Source: Octopus sinensis (taxonomy: Eukaryota). From it: a stretch of DNA of 64,000 bases. A model generated the notes under the pieces. That model saw nothing but the letters and a program-made list of their open reading frames with translations. It did no database searches and had not been told where the DNA came from. Numbering within the stretch: the stretch's first letter is position 1; the number at the start of each line of letters is the position of its first letter. The DNA is taken from contig NC_043001.1 of assembly GCF_006345805.1 (NCBI RefSeq), positions 7,874,001-7,938,000 on the forward strand, read 5' to 3'. Of this stretch, positions 1-13,565 are shown piece after piece. Position numbers and translations under genes: made by a program.

Positions 1-834
1 TCTATCACTTGAATTAATGGAACGGGTGTAATATGAGACTCCATTTAAGTTCTGAATCGCAGTGAAGTATTTTGAAGTATATTGTAGTAGACAATAATAT
101 TGTGTCCATTGTTATAGTCACTCCACGTAATTAATTCTTTCAAATTTGGGGAACAATTCGGCGGTTTGAACTATATAGTTGCCTTAACTACATATTTTAG
201 CTAAAAAAAGACTAAAGGCAATATCGATGTGGGTGGTATTTGTGCTCAGATCATGAAGGAAGAATGGATGACGCTACGTAATTTGGCCAGTATGATAACA
301 ACTCTTTCAGCTCACAGCTTTTCTCAGCGTAAAGAGGACCATTTCATATTATTTCAAAATGTTGCGTTAAGAAGAAAGGAATACGATACAAAGATTGCTA
401 ATATATAGCAACTAACAAATCTACCCAACTACGATTGAAGCATAAAACGAGAGGAGAAAGACATAACAGCAGTATGTATTGAGAAATGTGTAAACGGATG
501 TGATAGATTAATGGGTGATTTTTTTTTTTAGAAATATCATTGTTGATGATACAGCATTCTATTACAGCGATAGGACATGTGTTAGCAACTAAGTGAAGTG
601 TTATGAAGATCCAGGCCTCTGTATCATGAATGGTTATGTGAAACACTCCCACCGAAGTCCAAAGTTTCCTTCGACCACTACATAAAAAAAGGATTAAGAA
701 GAATATGTTATTTAGATATACTTTTATTTTAGTTGTTTATACTGTTTTACGCTTATTTATACTGTTTTACATTCAAAGTTCATAAATTTCTTTACTTAAA
801 TTATGAGTTATATTCCTTTCGAAAAGATCAATAT

Positions 835-1883
835 AATTACAAAACTCCCTTTTAGATGATATGTTCTTGGTGGTCTGCACCAATTTTCACATTACAGGAG
901 TCCGTTGTTCTACTTGTATAACTGGCTGTGTGTAAAAGTCGGAGTGGGTAAAAATACCCCTACACGATCTAAAGTTTGGCCCTGTGCTTTGTTCGCTGTG
1001 AATGCGCGAGTGGAATCTTTAGGGCTGCTAAAAATCAAACCAAGACTTACCCCTTACTTTCCTATGCGAATAATGTCTGGATGCTATTGTACCATGGTTG
1101 TACCATTGATTGAAAAATGTGAGGTGTAAACAAAAGCCGATACGATTAGCCGTTTCGAATCCTCGAGATTGACATACTTCAATAACCACTAAATAATCAC
1201 CCACACTATATACTGAAGCACATTTTCCCATGTTACTTTCGTTATTAATGGTACTCGCGATCCCCATCGCATCCACGTTGGAGCCACAAACGATACGATG
1301 GTCGGTGAATTTATAATAAAAATGCGGAGGACGTTTATCAATTCAAAAATGGATGCCAAAGAAATAATCATACATTCTGATGTTTTAATGCTAAACATAT
1401 TCTTGACAACCGTCTTTGTAATCTCGAAAAATATCGTAACCATTGTTGCAGCCATCTGGCCGTGAACACGGAACTAACAAAGACACGGAGAGAGAGAAGG
1501 ACATCACAGCCATTATAGTAAGATAGCAAATCAGCCATTCTACGATGGGAAATAATGGGATAGTATCAAACATCTAAACCCACCCCCTATATTTACGAAC
1601 TGTACAGTGCGCGCGTGTGTGTGTGTGTGTGTGTGTGAGGGTTCAATGTTGATCCGCGTCGCCGGAATTTTAACAAAATAGATCAAATTTGATTTATTAA
1701 TGCAAAACTCGATATCCACTAAATAATCATACTTTTTAACATTGTTTTCGCTAAAAACATTCTGGAGTACCTCTTTCGTAATCCCCCAAATCGTCGTGAC
1801 AATTGGTTAAGCCGTTTGACAGCGAAGAGGGAACTGACAAACCGACTGACAGACCGACAATACAGACGCCCATTACAATAAGA
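835..1883 (-). mobile_element. Internally deleted Helitron: RepHel Pif1-like helicase C-terminal pseudogene fragment (~835-1570) plus Helitron-like 5' end
   Basis: Minus-strand translation gives 'RAFTANKAQGQTLDRVGVFLPTPTFTHSQLY' (Pif1/Helitron motif AFAMTINKSQGQTL.RVGIYLP.PVFSHGQLY). It also gives 'II*WLLKYVNLEDSKRLIV' (IMLLRNL...CNGTRLIV) and a TKNI..K(E)VL*-like end near 835. Stops and frameshifts are present. The minus strand starts A|TC at 1883, followed by a (GTCT/GTCG)-type tract and 'aaacggcttaaccaatt', as in non-autonomous Helitron 5' ends. No 3' hairpin-CTRR end was found. Confidence 0.75.
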
Positions 1884-1959
1884 TTCAAATCTGAAAGGTT
1901 TTACGACCATGAATTCCCATTCGGTGCATTTGGTAGGGCCACAACCTACCTACATGAAA

Positions 1960-1967
1960 TATATATA

Positions 1968-2008
<41 letters not shown>

Positions 2009-2070
2009 TGTATATATACCTATGTATATATACTTATATATGTATGCATACATATATATGTATATATATA

Positions 2071-2123
<53 letters not shown>

Positions 2124-2165
2124 CATACTCACACACACATAAATATATATATATATATATGTATG
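1960..2165. repeat. Compound (TA)n microsatellite
   Basis: Direct reading; explains the YIYI ORFs. Confidence 0.95.
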
Positions 2166-2609
2166 TATACAAACGCAAACGCATACATTTACACAACAGT
2201 AAAACTATTTGTTACTGAAAACTTAAATAATTAGAATTTTTTTTTCCTCATATAAGGGAGAAAACAAAAACAACTGAACAAGTAACCAATACGTCTTCGA
2301 GGAAATACATGTTCCTAAGATATATATATTACGTCAACTATTAGTAATCCGTATGTAATATTTTTCTTAAGACAAATTATGTTACATCGTCAAGTTGACA
2401 CACGATATAAATAATGGCTCGTGATTGGAGATATAACAAAAGTTGCAAACAATATTACCATCATATCCCAAGGCCAATTAGATGATAAATTATGCAAAAA
2501 TGTCGGTGGACAGAATGTTTATAAGTATTTTACTTTTAACATATACGATTCATCAATTGTGGAATCTAAAATAAAATATATAAAAGAATAACAAATTTAT
2601 ACATCCATA

Positions 2610-3090
2610 AGGCGAGAAACTGGCAGAAATGTTAAGAAGCTGGGCGAAGATCTTAGCGGTATTACGTCTGTCGCTACGTTCTGAGTTCAAATTCCGCCAA
2701 GGTCGACTTTGCCTTTCATCCTTTCGGGGTCGATTAAATAAGTACCAGTTAGGTACTGGGGTCGATATAATCGACCTTATCTGTTTGTCTGTCCTTGTTT
2801 GTCCTCTCTGTATTTAGCCCGTTGTGGGTAGTAAAGAAATAGGTATTTCGTCTGCCGCTACGTACTGAGTTCAAATTTCACCGAAGACGACTTTGCCTTT
2901 CATTCTTTCTGGTAAAGAAATAGGTATTACGTCTGTTTTCATGTCCTCAGTTCAAATTCTGCCGAGGTCTACTCTGCCTTTCATACTTTGGCAGGGTTCG
3001 ATAAATTAAGTACCATTTGCATACTGTTTGATCTCATCCACTAGCACCTCTACCTCCAAAATTTCGGGCCTTGAGTAGAAAAGAATATTA
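2610..3090 (+). mobile_element. tRNA-type SINE family B, with the B-box module repeated three times
   Basis: Head 'ggcgagaaactggcagaaatgttaag', B-box 'gagttcaaattcc', body 'gaggtcgactttgcctttcatcc'. The module 'ggtatt.cgtctg...agttcaaatt...gactttgcctttcat' recurs at ~2658, ~2842 and ~2922. Confidence 0.8.
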
Positions 3091-3588
3091 TCCATCCATC
3101 CAGACATCCATCTATCCATATATACATACATACACAAACACAGTTCCATGTAACATGAATTTTCCTAGGCCCGTAGAGCAATCCTAACTCGTTGGATATT
3201 TATAGGTTAAGTATTAGGAAATGTAAGGCTCTGTTATTTAACTCAGAAAACTTGGTATTAGTTAACTAAGATAACGCGGTGTTTGTTCTCAGAAACACGT
3301 TGTCGGACAAGATGTGATATGTTATATGCAAATGTCGATGTTATATCACGCAGCGATATATATATATATCGCCGCTATATATCGCTATATATTGCCGCTA
3401 TATCTCGGTGTTGCCCTAGTAAGTTATATGAGACGTAAATTCGTTGCATTTGTTGCAACTCATTATAGAACCGGGTGTTGTTGTGTTTAAGTGGACTACT
3501 AAATCTATAGCGGTGACAATCTGTCTGTAGGATTAGCAAAATATGGTGGTGCCAGTTTTGAGTGTTAGGATTATCAGGGTTGTAGTCA

Positions 3589-3810
3589 AGGCGGCGAGCT
3601 GGCAAAATCGTTAGCACGCCGGACGAAATGCTTAGCGTTATTTCGTCTGCCGGTACGTTCTGTGTGTTCAATTCCGCAGACGTCGACTTTGCCTTTCATC
3701 CTTTCGTGGTCGATAGATTTAGTACTAGTGAAACCCTGGGGTTGCTGTAATCGACTGGTCCCATCGCCGAAAGATTCATGTCCTCGTGCCTTCAGCAGAA
3801 AGCATTATTA
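3589..3810 (+). mobile_element. SINE family B copy
   Basis: 'ggcggcgagctggcaaaatcgttagcacgccggacgaaatgcttagcgttatttcgtctgcc...gtcgactttgcctttcatcc' matches the copies at 25915 and 56870. Confidence 0.85.
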
Positions 3811-4154
3811 TGGTTTTAGTCTGTACGGATATCAGTGGTAAATTTGTGCTTTTGAATAGTGGTCACTCAAGTTTTACATTTTCAGCTGCCAGTGATTTGT
3901 CGTTGATAGACAAGGAATACCTCTGCTGACAACAATAAGTCAGTTTATTGTTGCTCTTAAGGGATGCTCTCGGTTAAATTTTTGAGTGATTCCTCACTGA
4001 AATTGGTAATTTCGAGTTCCAGGTGAGAGGGTCCTGTCAATGGTACCGTAATTATTAATCTAGTTAAATCGTCATTAGTTTATAACCCTATTTCTGAAAC
4101 CATTTTACCACTCGCATCAGGGATCCCCGTAGTTAATATGAGTTATAGTATATC

Positions 4155-4370
4155 CAAATTAGGTGAAATAACAGAATTGTTAGCACGCTCAGCAATGTAC
4201 ATAATAACATTTCGTCCGTTGTTATGTTCCAAGTTCAAATTCCGCCGAGGTTGATTTGCCTTTTATCTTAATGGGACGAGAAGATAAAACATGAGCACTG
4301 GGGTCGATGTAAACGATTCGCTTCCCGCTCTAAATTACTTCTTTTGCATCAAACTTTGAAGCCAATATAA
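4155..4370 (+). mobile_element. Degenerate SINE family B copy
   Basis: 'gaattgttagcacgc...aagttcaaattccgccgaggttgatttgcc...gcactggggtcgatgtaa'. Confidence 0.7.
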
Positions 4371-4954
4371 TGTACCTACAGATTTTTCTCTGTAGTGTAT
4401 CATACGCATTCCTATCAGAGAGTATCTGCTTCATCTCTATAAATGTTTCCCATGTAGCATTTTCTGTGATATTAAATGACATAGCTGACACAAATTCTTG
4501 CAAAAAAAGACTGGTTTAAAAAACAAAAACCAAATGCTTCATATGACATTTCAAGAATAGCAAAAAATCTTTTACAACCTTTTAGAAATTTATAGTTCAC
4601 CTGAAGCAAGTTATATTATTGTTCAATAAATCGGTGGTGGAAGCATTCATTTTATAAGTAAATAATTTTTTTTTCCCAAGTACGAAACGAAACCAAACAA
4701 ACAATCGAAAGAAAGATCAATGCATAAAATGTTGCGCATTTAAGAACTTCAAGTTTAATACTATTCTGAAGGATGTATTCTCAAAGCGATCTGTGGCCAC
4801 CATGCGATTCACTTTATTTCGTAAGCAAATATATACATACATACTCACATCTGCGTGGATGTACAACTGAGTGTGTGCTTACGCCCACATGATTTTATGT
4901 ATGAATGTGTATATATGTGTGAATGTGTGTGAGCGCGCACTTCACCCCATTCCA

Positions 4955-5215
<261 letters not shown>

Positions 5216-5284
5216 TATGTGTTAGTCTATCTGTCTGTCTATCTCCCTATCTATTTCTTCGCTCTAACTATATATATATAGCAA

Positions 5285-5420
5285 ATCGCAGCCCTCCCCC
5301 CACAAAAAAAGAAACGAAGAACAAACGCTAAAAACAACAACGCTTGGACGTGGTAACGTAAAGTATTACGTATTAGCAGATGCTCAGGGAAGGAAAGAAA
5401 GTTGGTTTAACGTTTCGAGC

Positions 5421-5422
<2 letters not shown>
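5285..5422 (-). mobile_element. Penelope-like element terminal-repeat fragment with the 3' half of a hammerhead
   Basis: Homologous to 35365-35545 and 59880-60020. The minus strand reads GCUC-GAAAC-GUU-AAACC; the 5' half of the ribozyme is replaced by (TA)n at 5421-5517. Confidence 0.55.
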
Positions 5423-5518
<96 letters not shown>

Positions 5519-8500
5519 TAGGATGCTAAACTTTTATTTTTAATACGAATAGAAGTACATCGAATTTGAAGATGCGATAAGAACCATTTAGATATTTATT
5601 TTATTTGCTTTTACGCATTCCATTTCACCGATCCAAGATCATGAATTATTCTTTGAGATACATGAATTTATAGCTATCACGAATTCGTTTCGTGTCAGAT
5701 CAAATTTTCCAACTTAATCCATAGTTTTGAACTGATTTAAGCCCCAAATTACCGTTGATTACGAAACATTTTCCTTAAACGAATATAGTTATGATTTCCT
5801 TCAAAGACTTTGGCTAATATTACGCGGGGCTGACCTCTGAAAGTAATGTGGCACCATGAATTATAATTCCTGACGAAAGTGTTTATCCGTGTGGTAATCA
5901 ATACAATGATTTATGAGAAAATATGTGGTATTGTCCCGTATACCAATATATCACATGATGAAAATATGTTTCTCTACTTTTATCGCTCCTGGTACCATAT
6001 TTATCGCTCCTGGTACCATATTTAAAAACTATCACTTAAAAAACACCCTCGAAGATAAATTCCTTGCCTACTCAACTCAAACATCACTCAAAGTGACATA
6101 CGGAAATAACGTGTTCTTTCAAATGACACAGTCACTGAATTAACTAGCATTTTCATTTTGATAAAATTGTCTTTTATATACTAATATTTGGCACCTAGAA
6201 ATAGGTCACGTTGAAATACCTAAATATTGTGCATGCTCTCGTGACCGTTTTGATCTGAGGTGTATGTTAAGTGATGACAATATGAGTGCTATCCTCGAAG
6301 CATATCCTTAAATGTTTGCCAGGATAGAGGCAGGATTGTGAATAGACGCGTGACTGGTTGTATGGTAATGAGTTGTGACTAATGCAATAAAAAATAAAAG
6401 ATACAAGCTTACATGACTGTAATATATATCTCTGTAAAATATTTCTCTAAAGACATGCATCATGTTTTGTTTCCGTTAAAATTATTCAGGTGTCCCATAC
6501 ATAAAGCGGTTGTTGAATAATTTCTAAACTGTCGTCTGTATGATTCTAATCATATTCATAATATAGTTGTATCTATCTACAAAATATATTCCTTGCTTAT
6601 GCGGACATATATTCCATGACGTTGTTGGTTAGAATTAAAGTTTAGTTTAGTATTCTATGAATATAAAATTGTGACTTACGTCCGGCTAGGTGATCCTAGA
6701 TCGAAAAAAAATTGTATATTCGTTTACATGGAATATTCTTTGTGCCGTATATTTTGTAATAGGAAATACGACGTAAGTACTTCGACAGCTCAACTTTTTC
6801 AGTGGCCCCTACTAGAAGACACATAGTGCGCATCGGTCCTGACCAGTAACCTTAAGTTAGACAAAATAGAAGACAACAAAGCACGGTAAATCATTATCTT
6901 CATGAACAATTTGTTACCGCCAGTCTAAATAAACTAACAAATATGTATCGTGGGTGAGATGTATTTTTACAACATTCTGTAAAAGTGGATGTTTCGGAGA
7001 TGAGATATTTCACAATCACTTTTATTGTATAAAGTGTTTTATTGTATAGAGTGTCTCTCGGCAGTGATTTTTTTCATCGTGACTCTCCAAGATTTATTTC
7101 AAAACATCTGTAGAAGAGTCAACTTGTGTATTGAAAGCGATGGACGACACTTTCAACACTTCTTATAAAGTTTTTATTTTTTATTTTAACGTCTTTTGAA
7201 GTCTAATATATTCTTTTGTAGTCTTATACCATTTATAAATATTAATTTTGCAATAAAATACTTACTGCGGAGAGACTTTCTGAAAACTGTGTATAAACTT
7301 GAAACGATTCACAGAACCTGACAACAGAGCATCGACTATCACCAATTCTCAGCATATTTGAACCAATTTATTGTGCAAAATATTATAATCTGAATGTGTT
7401 TATTTCTAAATAAGATTGAAGCACACTTTCCATTCTCTTATCCTAATGGATTTCATTGCGTCATATATTACTATGACTTCTTAAATATCTAAAATATAAT
7501 GTATTAGAAAACAGTAGCCTTTTCGTATCGTCATTCCCATTTAATAAGTTGGTTTCGTTAGTTACAATTACTTCGTTATATGATTTCTCTCATTTGCCTC
7601 GTTCTATTTCTATGATACTATCCGTCAGAAGCACAGATAAACGTCTGTAATTATGTAAACATTTAAACAAACACACAGGTATCACGTGGTACCAAACACC
7701 ATTGGTTTCCTACAAAATGTAGAGTATGCATAAATGCAAATAGATATGTTGTTTGGTTAATTATGTTTTAAGTAGGAATAAAACCAATCAAACGTTTACG
7801 AATGAGAACACATCTAACATTACGTTTTCTGTTAGGATACATAGCATTGTTGCCAATATATTCAATTTTTAAGTGATAAAATTTACCATTAATTGTAGAG
7901 GGATTCAGAAAAAATGAGTTTCAATCATTTTATGTAATGCTTAATAACAGTTATATTTTCGGAAACAAAACGGCATACACACGCAAATATAACAACGACA
8001 TATTGTTTAAAAAGCTATTATGAAATATGTTTTGATCAGGGTAACTGAATTAAATGGTTTGATGGATGGATTGAAATGGGTGCACTGAAATTAAATAAAA
8101 TTAAACATTGATAGTTCTTTCGTGAGGAAAACGCGAATTGCACCGAAAGAGAAAATTATATTTTTAAGTAAACGCTGAGTAAACGCTATTTCAATCGTGT
8201 AAATGTATCATTAGAATAGCAATTTAAATTTTGCAGAGAAATGACGATGGCCATAAATGATATAACTTAAATATCAATATAAAAAATACGTATGAATCTA
8301 TTTATGCGTAATATTATTCCGTTACAATCTACATAAGTGATGATTTGAACAAACGATGGCGTATCAACGAAATGCGATTGTAAACATATAGAAAATGAAC
8401 CATTTATATATATATTGTAATTCACTCTTATGCTAATTTATTGCATAATATATAGTGCCAAATGCGTAGTTTTATATACCACAGTATGTGTGTGTCTGTG

Positions 8501-8529
8501 TGTGTTCAAATATAAAATAATGTTCGTAG

Positions 8530-8638
8530 AGGAGGCACATCTATTACATCGACCCAGTACTCAACTGGTACTTATATCGACCTGGGAAAGATGAATATGA
8601 AAATGCACTTCGGTGGAGTTTGAAACCAGAATATAAAG
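8530..8638 (-). mobile_element. Degenerate SINE family B fragment
   Basis: 'tacatcgacccagtactcaactggtacttatatcgacc...gagtttgaaaccagaa' is the reverse complement of the family B body. Confidence 0.65.
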
Positions 8639-8640
8639 TC

Positions 8641-8815
8641 GCAGGCGTGGTTGTATGGTATGAAGATTGCTTTTTAACCACTTGTCTCTGCGTTCAGTCC
8701 CGCTTCGTGACACCTAAGGTAAGTGTCTTCTACTAAAGCTTCGGCGGACAGGCTGACCAAAGCCTTGTGAGTGGATTTGGTAGACGGTATCTGAATGAAA
8801 ACTATCGTATATCTA
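8641..8815 (+). mobile_element. SINE family A, 5' half
   Basis: 'gcaggcgtggttgtatggta...gtgtcttctact...ccaaagccttgtgagtggatttggtagacgg' matches the copy at 20884. Confidence 0.75.
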
Positions 8816-8855
8816 TCTGTCTATCTATCTATCTATTTATCTGTATGTATGTGTA

Positions 8856-8886
<31 letters not shown>

Positions 8887-9689
8887 TGTGTATGTGTATG
8901 TGTGTGTATGTGTGTGACTGCGTATACATATCCATATGTGGACACCGGACATCATGAAAAGTGTACATGTCTAATATTTATCGCAATTTCGTCCTCTGTT
9001 CTGTTCTGTCCACCTTAGGTCTAGGATCTAATATTCAGTTAGATTTTTGTATACGTTTTGTCGACTATTCTTGATTGAAATATTGGTTGGGCTCTGGAAC
9101 TTGTGCATTATTGTTAATCGATGCACCGTAAGTGCCAAGGCCTCTATTGAACAGATCACGAAGCCGTACGCCTCCATGTTTGCATTTTGGTGTTTATAGT
9201 TCCCTTTCTAGACGAGCTTAATATCATTTCTATTCGACAGAAACACAATGGAAAACACTTTCTTTTACTTTAAGTTGATTTTCAGTGACAACTTTCCCCA
9301 TTCTGGTTTCATTTCCTCTTTTCTTCTCTCGCTTTGTCTCACCCCTTCCTTCCATTATTTCTCTCTTGCTGTAAACTCTACGATTTCTCCTTCCTTCTTT
9401 ACTTCGTTTCTAACATCTGCAATGCATTTAGATTTTCACATGATTCCCATTTGGCTGAGCGCTTTTTTCTAATACCTTATCTAATTCCGATCATTTCATT
9501 CAGCATTTTGTCTCTCTTTCATTGTCCAAGAACTGAAGTTCAGAGTCATTCTTATTTTCTTAAGGCGCCATTTAACACACTCTTTTCCAGATTCTTAGTA
9601 TTTTTCTCTCCTGAGAGAAACAACTTGTTAATACTCTTCGCATCTTACTCTTCTTTTGAGATTGATGTAACCATACAAGAATTATGTTT

Positions 9690-9860
9690 GGTGTAATTCG
9701 GACACGTTTCTTATCCTAAATTGACACCAGTCCGGAGTTGAATGAAACGAGTCGGCAATTCTCTCCACCAACATGATTAGTCTTCCTTTAATCTCTGTCA
9801 ACAACTGATCCAAATTTGTTCTGATGTTTTTATTTTGTCTCCAGTTATGTATAGATGTTC
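9690..9860 (-). mobile_element. Very degenerate mariner transposase fragment
   Basis: Minus-strand 'NLDQLLTEIKGRLIMLVERIADSFH' has the spacing of mariner 'QLDQLKAAIEEKRPELVNRKGVVFH'. It is followed, after a frameshift, by 'LG*ETCP' (LGWEVLP). Confidence 0.35.
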
Positions 9861-10571
9861 ATTTTCTTAAAGCAAAAACTCGCACGCATTTCTTGGACAT
9901 GTATGCACATGACTGATAAATATTGGTGCGGTGGAAACATTGAATATGTACCTGCAAGTGACAAAGGTACAAACAATTGCATTACAGGTGAGATTAGTCA
10001 CGATATTTCACAACACAACAGGGCTGCCATCACTAACAAAGAAATAAAAGAAGTTTTTGTTTGCATTGCCCGGAGAAAAGCAACACCTATTATATGCATG
10101 TGGGTGAATATGCTTTCATATATGCATAACGAAACACGAATAAACGAACATATTTTTGAAAGTGCGTACAATACTACATATGCGTGGAATTTTGTGTTAT
10201 TATATACACAAGTTTCCCACTGTGTTTGTGTGGTGAGCCCATGTATATATTATTCCCGTGCGTACAAATGGTTATAAAGGCATGACTTCCCATGGAAATA
10301 TGAAAGCAATGCCAGCAACAAAATATGTTTCCCACCTTAGCATAATTACACATAATACGAGTCGTATGAATAACGGCATTCCCATGCCTTGTCACTAATT
10401 CTATTATTATTATTTTGTTTCTGTTGTTGTAACTACTACCGAACAGGATTCCATTCTTGGCTTATCATTACGCGTATTGCAACAAACACACAAGCTATCA
10501 CGGTCCATATATATCCGCAATAACAAACGTGATTTATTCACTAAGGCTAACAAATGAAATATCTGCAATTT

Positions 10572-10806
10572 TGTATTCTAGTTTCAACTCAGAGCTGCGG
10601 CCATGCTGATGCACCGTCGTTTTGCTGCACTGTTATTACTAAGAGCCTCCTCTACTTTGTGGTACTTGGTGAAGAATGGAGATTGATATAGCTACCCTCA
10701 TTTGCACCTCTTGCCGTGAGGTAGGTTCATCTGGGACTCTCGACAGGAAGAGGTCCAGCATTAATTTAAAAAACCCCTACATCTACCTTGTGCAAGTCCC
10801 TCAGAC
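10572..10806 (-). mobile_element. CR1-group LINE 3' end (5'-truncated)
   Basis: Reverse complement aligns by eye with 43480-43700 ('ctgagggacttgcac..gtagatgtaggg...ctggacctcttcctgtcg...cccagatgaacctacctcacgg'). It ends 'ggtgcatcagcatggccgcagctctgagttgaaac'. Confidence 0.8.
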
Positions 10807-12478
10807 TCTTTAATTGTTTATTAATTTTAAAAGAAATTGTAGTCAAGCGAGTGTTTTGTGTAATTTAATATAATTTTCAGAGTAAAAATGAGCAATAAAA
10901 GAACAAAATATGTTCATTTAATTCTTCAAATTTGATATCGATTGGTTTTTAATATAACCATTTCATTATTTCCAGTTTTGAAGTACCAACATGTTTCAGA
11001 AAATCTGAGTAAAGGAAAACGATACTAATTAAAATGTAGCTTACACTTTGGAGTCACTTTTGACATTTAATGATTAATATTGACGTTTTTAGTGGTATTT
11101 CTAGTACGAAAATCATGATTATTAATTTAGGCCAATCTATTTCTCTTTCTCGCAAACTCAGACCATAAATGGGTAACGCATCACCACCTTCAGGTTCTAA
11201 ATTATGTACATATATGAGTGTATGTGTGTGTATGTTTTGTATATATTTGGATGCATATGTGTGTGAGCTTGTATATTTGTGTGTATGTTTCTATGTATGT
11301 GTATATGAGTGTATATATATACAGATACACACACACACACACACATGCGGGGGCACATATTACAAGCGTTTCTATCTATTTATGTCTCTCCTTACGCCGT
11401 GTGTTTATGTGTGTGCTTGTAATTCTGGACTTTCGAAAACTATATACAATATAATAAATTAAGATATAATTCATTATCTTCCATCTCATGATAATCAGAC
11501 ATACTGATAAAATATGAATCGATTATGAAGAAAGTTGTCATAATTACTGTGTAATTATAGAAAGTTTTATTGATAGGGTAGCAATAGTCCACTCTTGCGA
11601 ATTGGCAAAACTGACACTTTCAATTAACAAATTGAATTTATTCAACAAGCGCCTCTCAAATACTACTGCTTCTCATTAGTTGTCTCCAGGACAAAAATAC
11701 CTATACTAAGAAAAATAAAGAGAAATCACTCAATAAAATATCAAATTAGTATTAAATTCATTCTAAATGCACAATATTTGGTTTATTGAAATTTCTATGC
11801 AACCCAAGTGCAGACCGTGCGCCAAGGATTTTAGGGTAATAATTATTATAAAATATAGCATTAATAAATATGTTGTAAATGCTTAAAATTCACTTTATGT
11901 AAAGCAAGAATAAACCCCAGTACAGAATATGAATTCGATCAAATATCATAACATGAACACATTACTTGGAACATGTCCATATACTTTCCATTATCGACAA
12001 GTGCATTCCAAATATTGTATGCATCTTTCTTGTCGGAAATAAGCAAATGTTGTAACTGATAATGTTAAGTAGTAAATGATGGTGTTTATGAAATCAAAGC
12101 TTCTTTGAAAATATTGGTTAAAGACAATAACTAAAATACCAATTGTTACAAAAGCCTAACCATTATAGTATAAAGTGCCAGCAGAGATATATAAAGTGGT
12201 ATGGGGGAATCGCAGCATTAAGAAGTAGATTAAGAGCATCGTGACCAGCAGATATTTTGCCCGGTGGTACTGGCGCTTTTAAAACAGCATATTAGAGGGA
12301 ATGATTGCGATAATTGTATACCATTTATACAATAATTGCATACATTATTAGCCAACACATTCATAACATCACGAAAATTGAAGCGACATTTTATTAGACA
12401 ACATGCTATTGTATATTACCAATATTACTATAGAGTGGTGGAAAATATTTCAATATTGTATTTGTAATATATATGTAC

Positions 12479-12560
<82 letters not shown>

Positions 12561-12562
<2 letters not shown>

Positions 12563-12710
12563 TGCAGGAGTGGCTGTGTGGTAAGTAGCTTGCTTACCAA
12601 ACAAAACACATGGTACTGTGTTCGATCCCACTGCGTAGAACGGTGGGCCGAGCAGAGACTTGTGTGTGGATTTGGTAGAGATAAACTGAAAGAATCCCGT
12701 CGTATATATG

Positions 12711-12742
<32 letters not shown>

Positions 12743-12985
12743 ATATATGAGTGCATGTGTGTGCGCACGCGTATATATTTGTGCGTCTGTGTTTGTCCTC
12801 CAACATCATTTGCCAACCGATGCAGGTGTGTTTAAGTCCCCGTAACGTAGCAGTTCAGCAAAAGTGACCGACAGAATAAGTACTAGGCTTACAAAGAATA
12901 AGGTCTTGGGTCGATTTGCTCGACTAAAGGCGGTACTCCAGCATGACCACAGTCAAATAACTGAAACAAGTAAAAGACTAAAAGT
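12561..12985 (+). mobile_element. SINE family A, full length
   Basis: tRNA-like head 'ggtgcaggagtggctgtgtggtaag...gttcgatccc', internal (TA)/(TG) tract, tail 'ccagcatgaccacagtcaaataactgaaacaagtaaaag'. Confidence 0.85.
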
Positions 12986-13409
12986 ATATATATATATAGG
13001 TGTATGTGTGTGTATTTGTGTGCGTGCTTGTGTGTATTGCTGTGTGTATTTATGTGCATGTGTGTGTATCTGTGTGTGTGTCTATCAGTGTGTGTGTCTG
13101 CATGTTTGTGTGTGTGTGTGTGTATATATATTGTGTCTGTGTCTGTGTGTGTACAGAGTGTTTGAAGTGGTGCACAGTTATCGTATATTAAGAAAAAGGA
13201 AAGATTCCGAATTTGAAATATTTCTTTATTGACGCTTTCGTTCATTTAACCGAAATCTTCAAGAAAAAATTGGCCCAACCAGTGAAGGAACAAAGGATAA
13301 GAAGCATATTTAGTAGGATTAGGAGTTAAATATATTAGTATCTGAAAGCAGATTGATTTGAGTCCATGTAACTTAAAGCTCCGTCTGCGAGTTTTAACGA
13401 CTTTTGAAA

Positions 13410-13565
13410 CTTCTATTTAATTTGAGTTGAAATGCCACCGAGGTCGACTTTCCTGTTTACATTTTTGGGGACGAAAAAGTAAATGGCAGTTGAGGGCTGA
13501 GATCGATATAATCCTCTTACACACTCCATCGAATTTGCTGGCCATGTGCTAAAATTTGAAACCCC
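13410..13565 (+). mobile_element. Degenerate SINE family B-like fragment
   Basis: 'gagttgaaatgccaccgaggtcgactttcc...gatcgatataatc...gaatttgctggccatgtgc'. Confidence 0.5.

Noticed and set aside
5979-6020. 21-bp tandem duplication
   Set aside because: Real but ordinary slippage, with no further structure.
13222-13270. Minus-strand UUGAAGA...GAAAGCGUC hammerhead-like motif
   Set aside because: Stem I does not pair next to the core and stem II begins with a mismatch; at best a very decayed copy.
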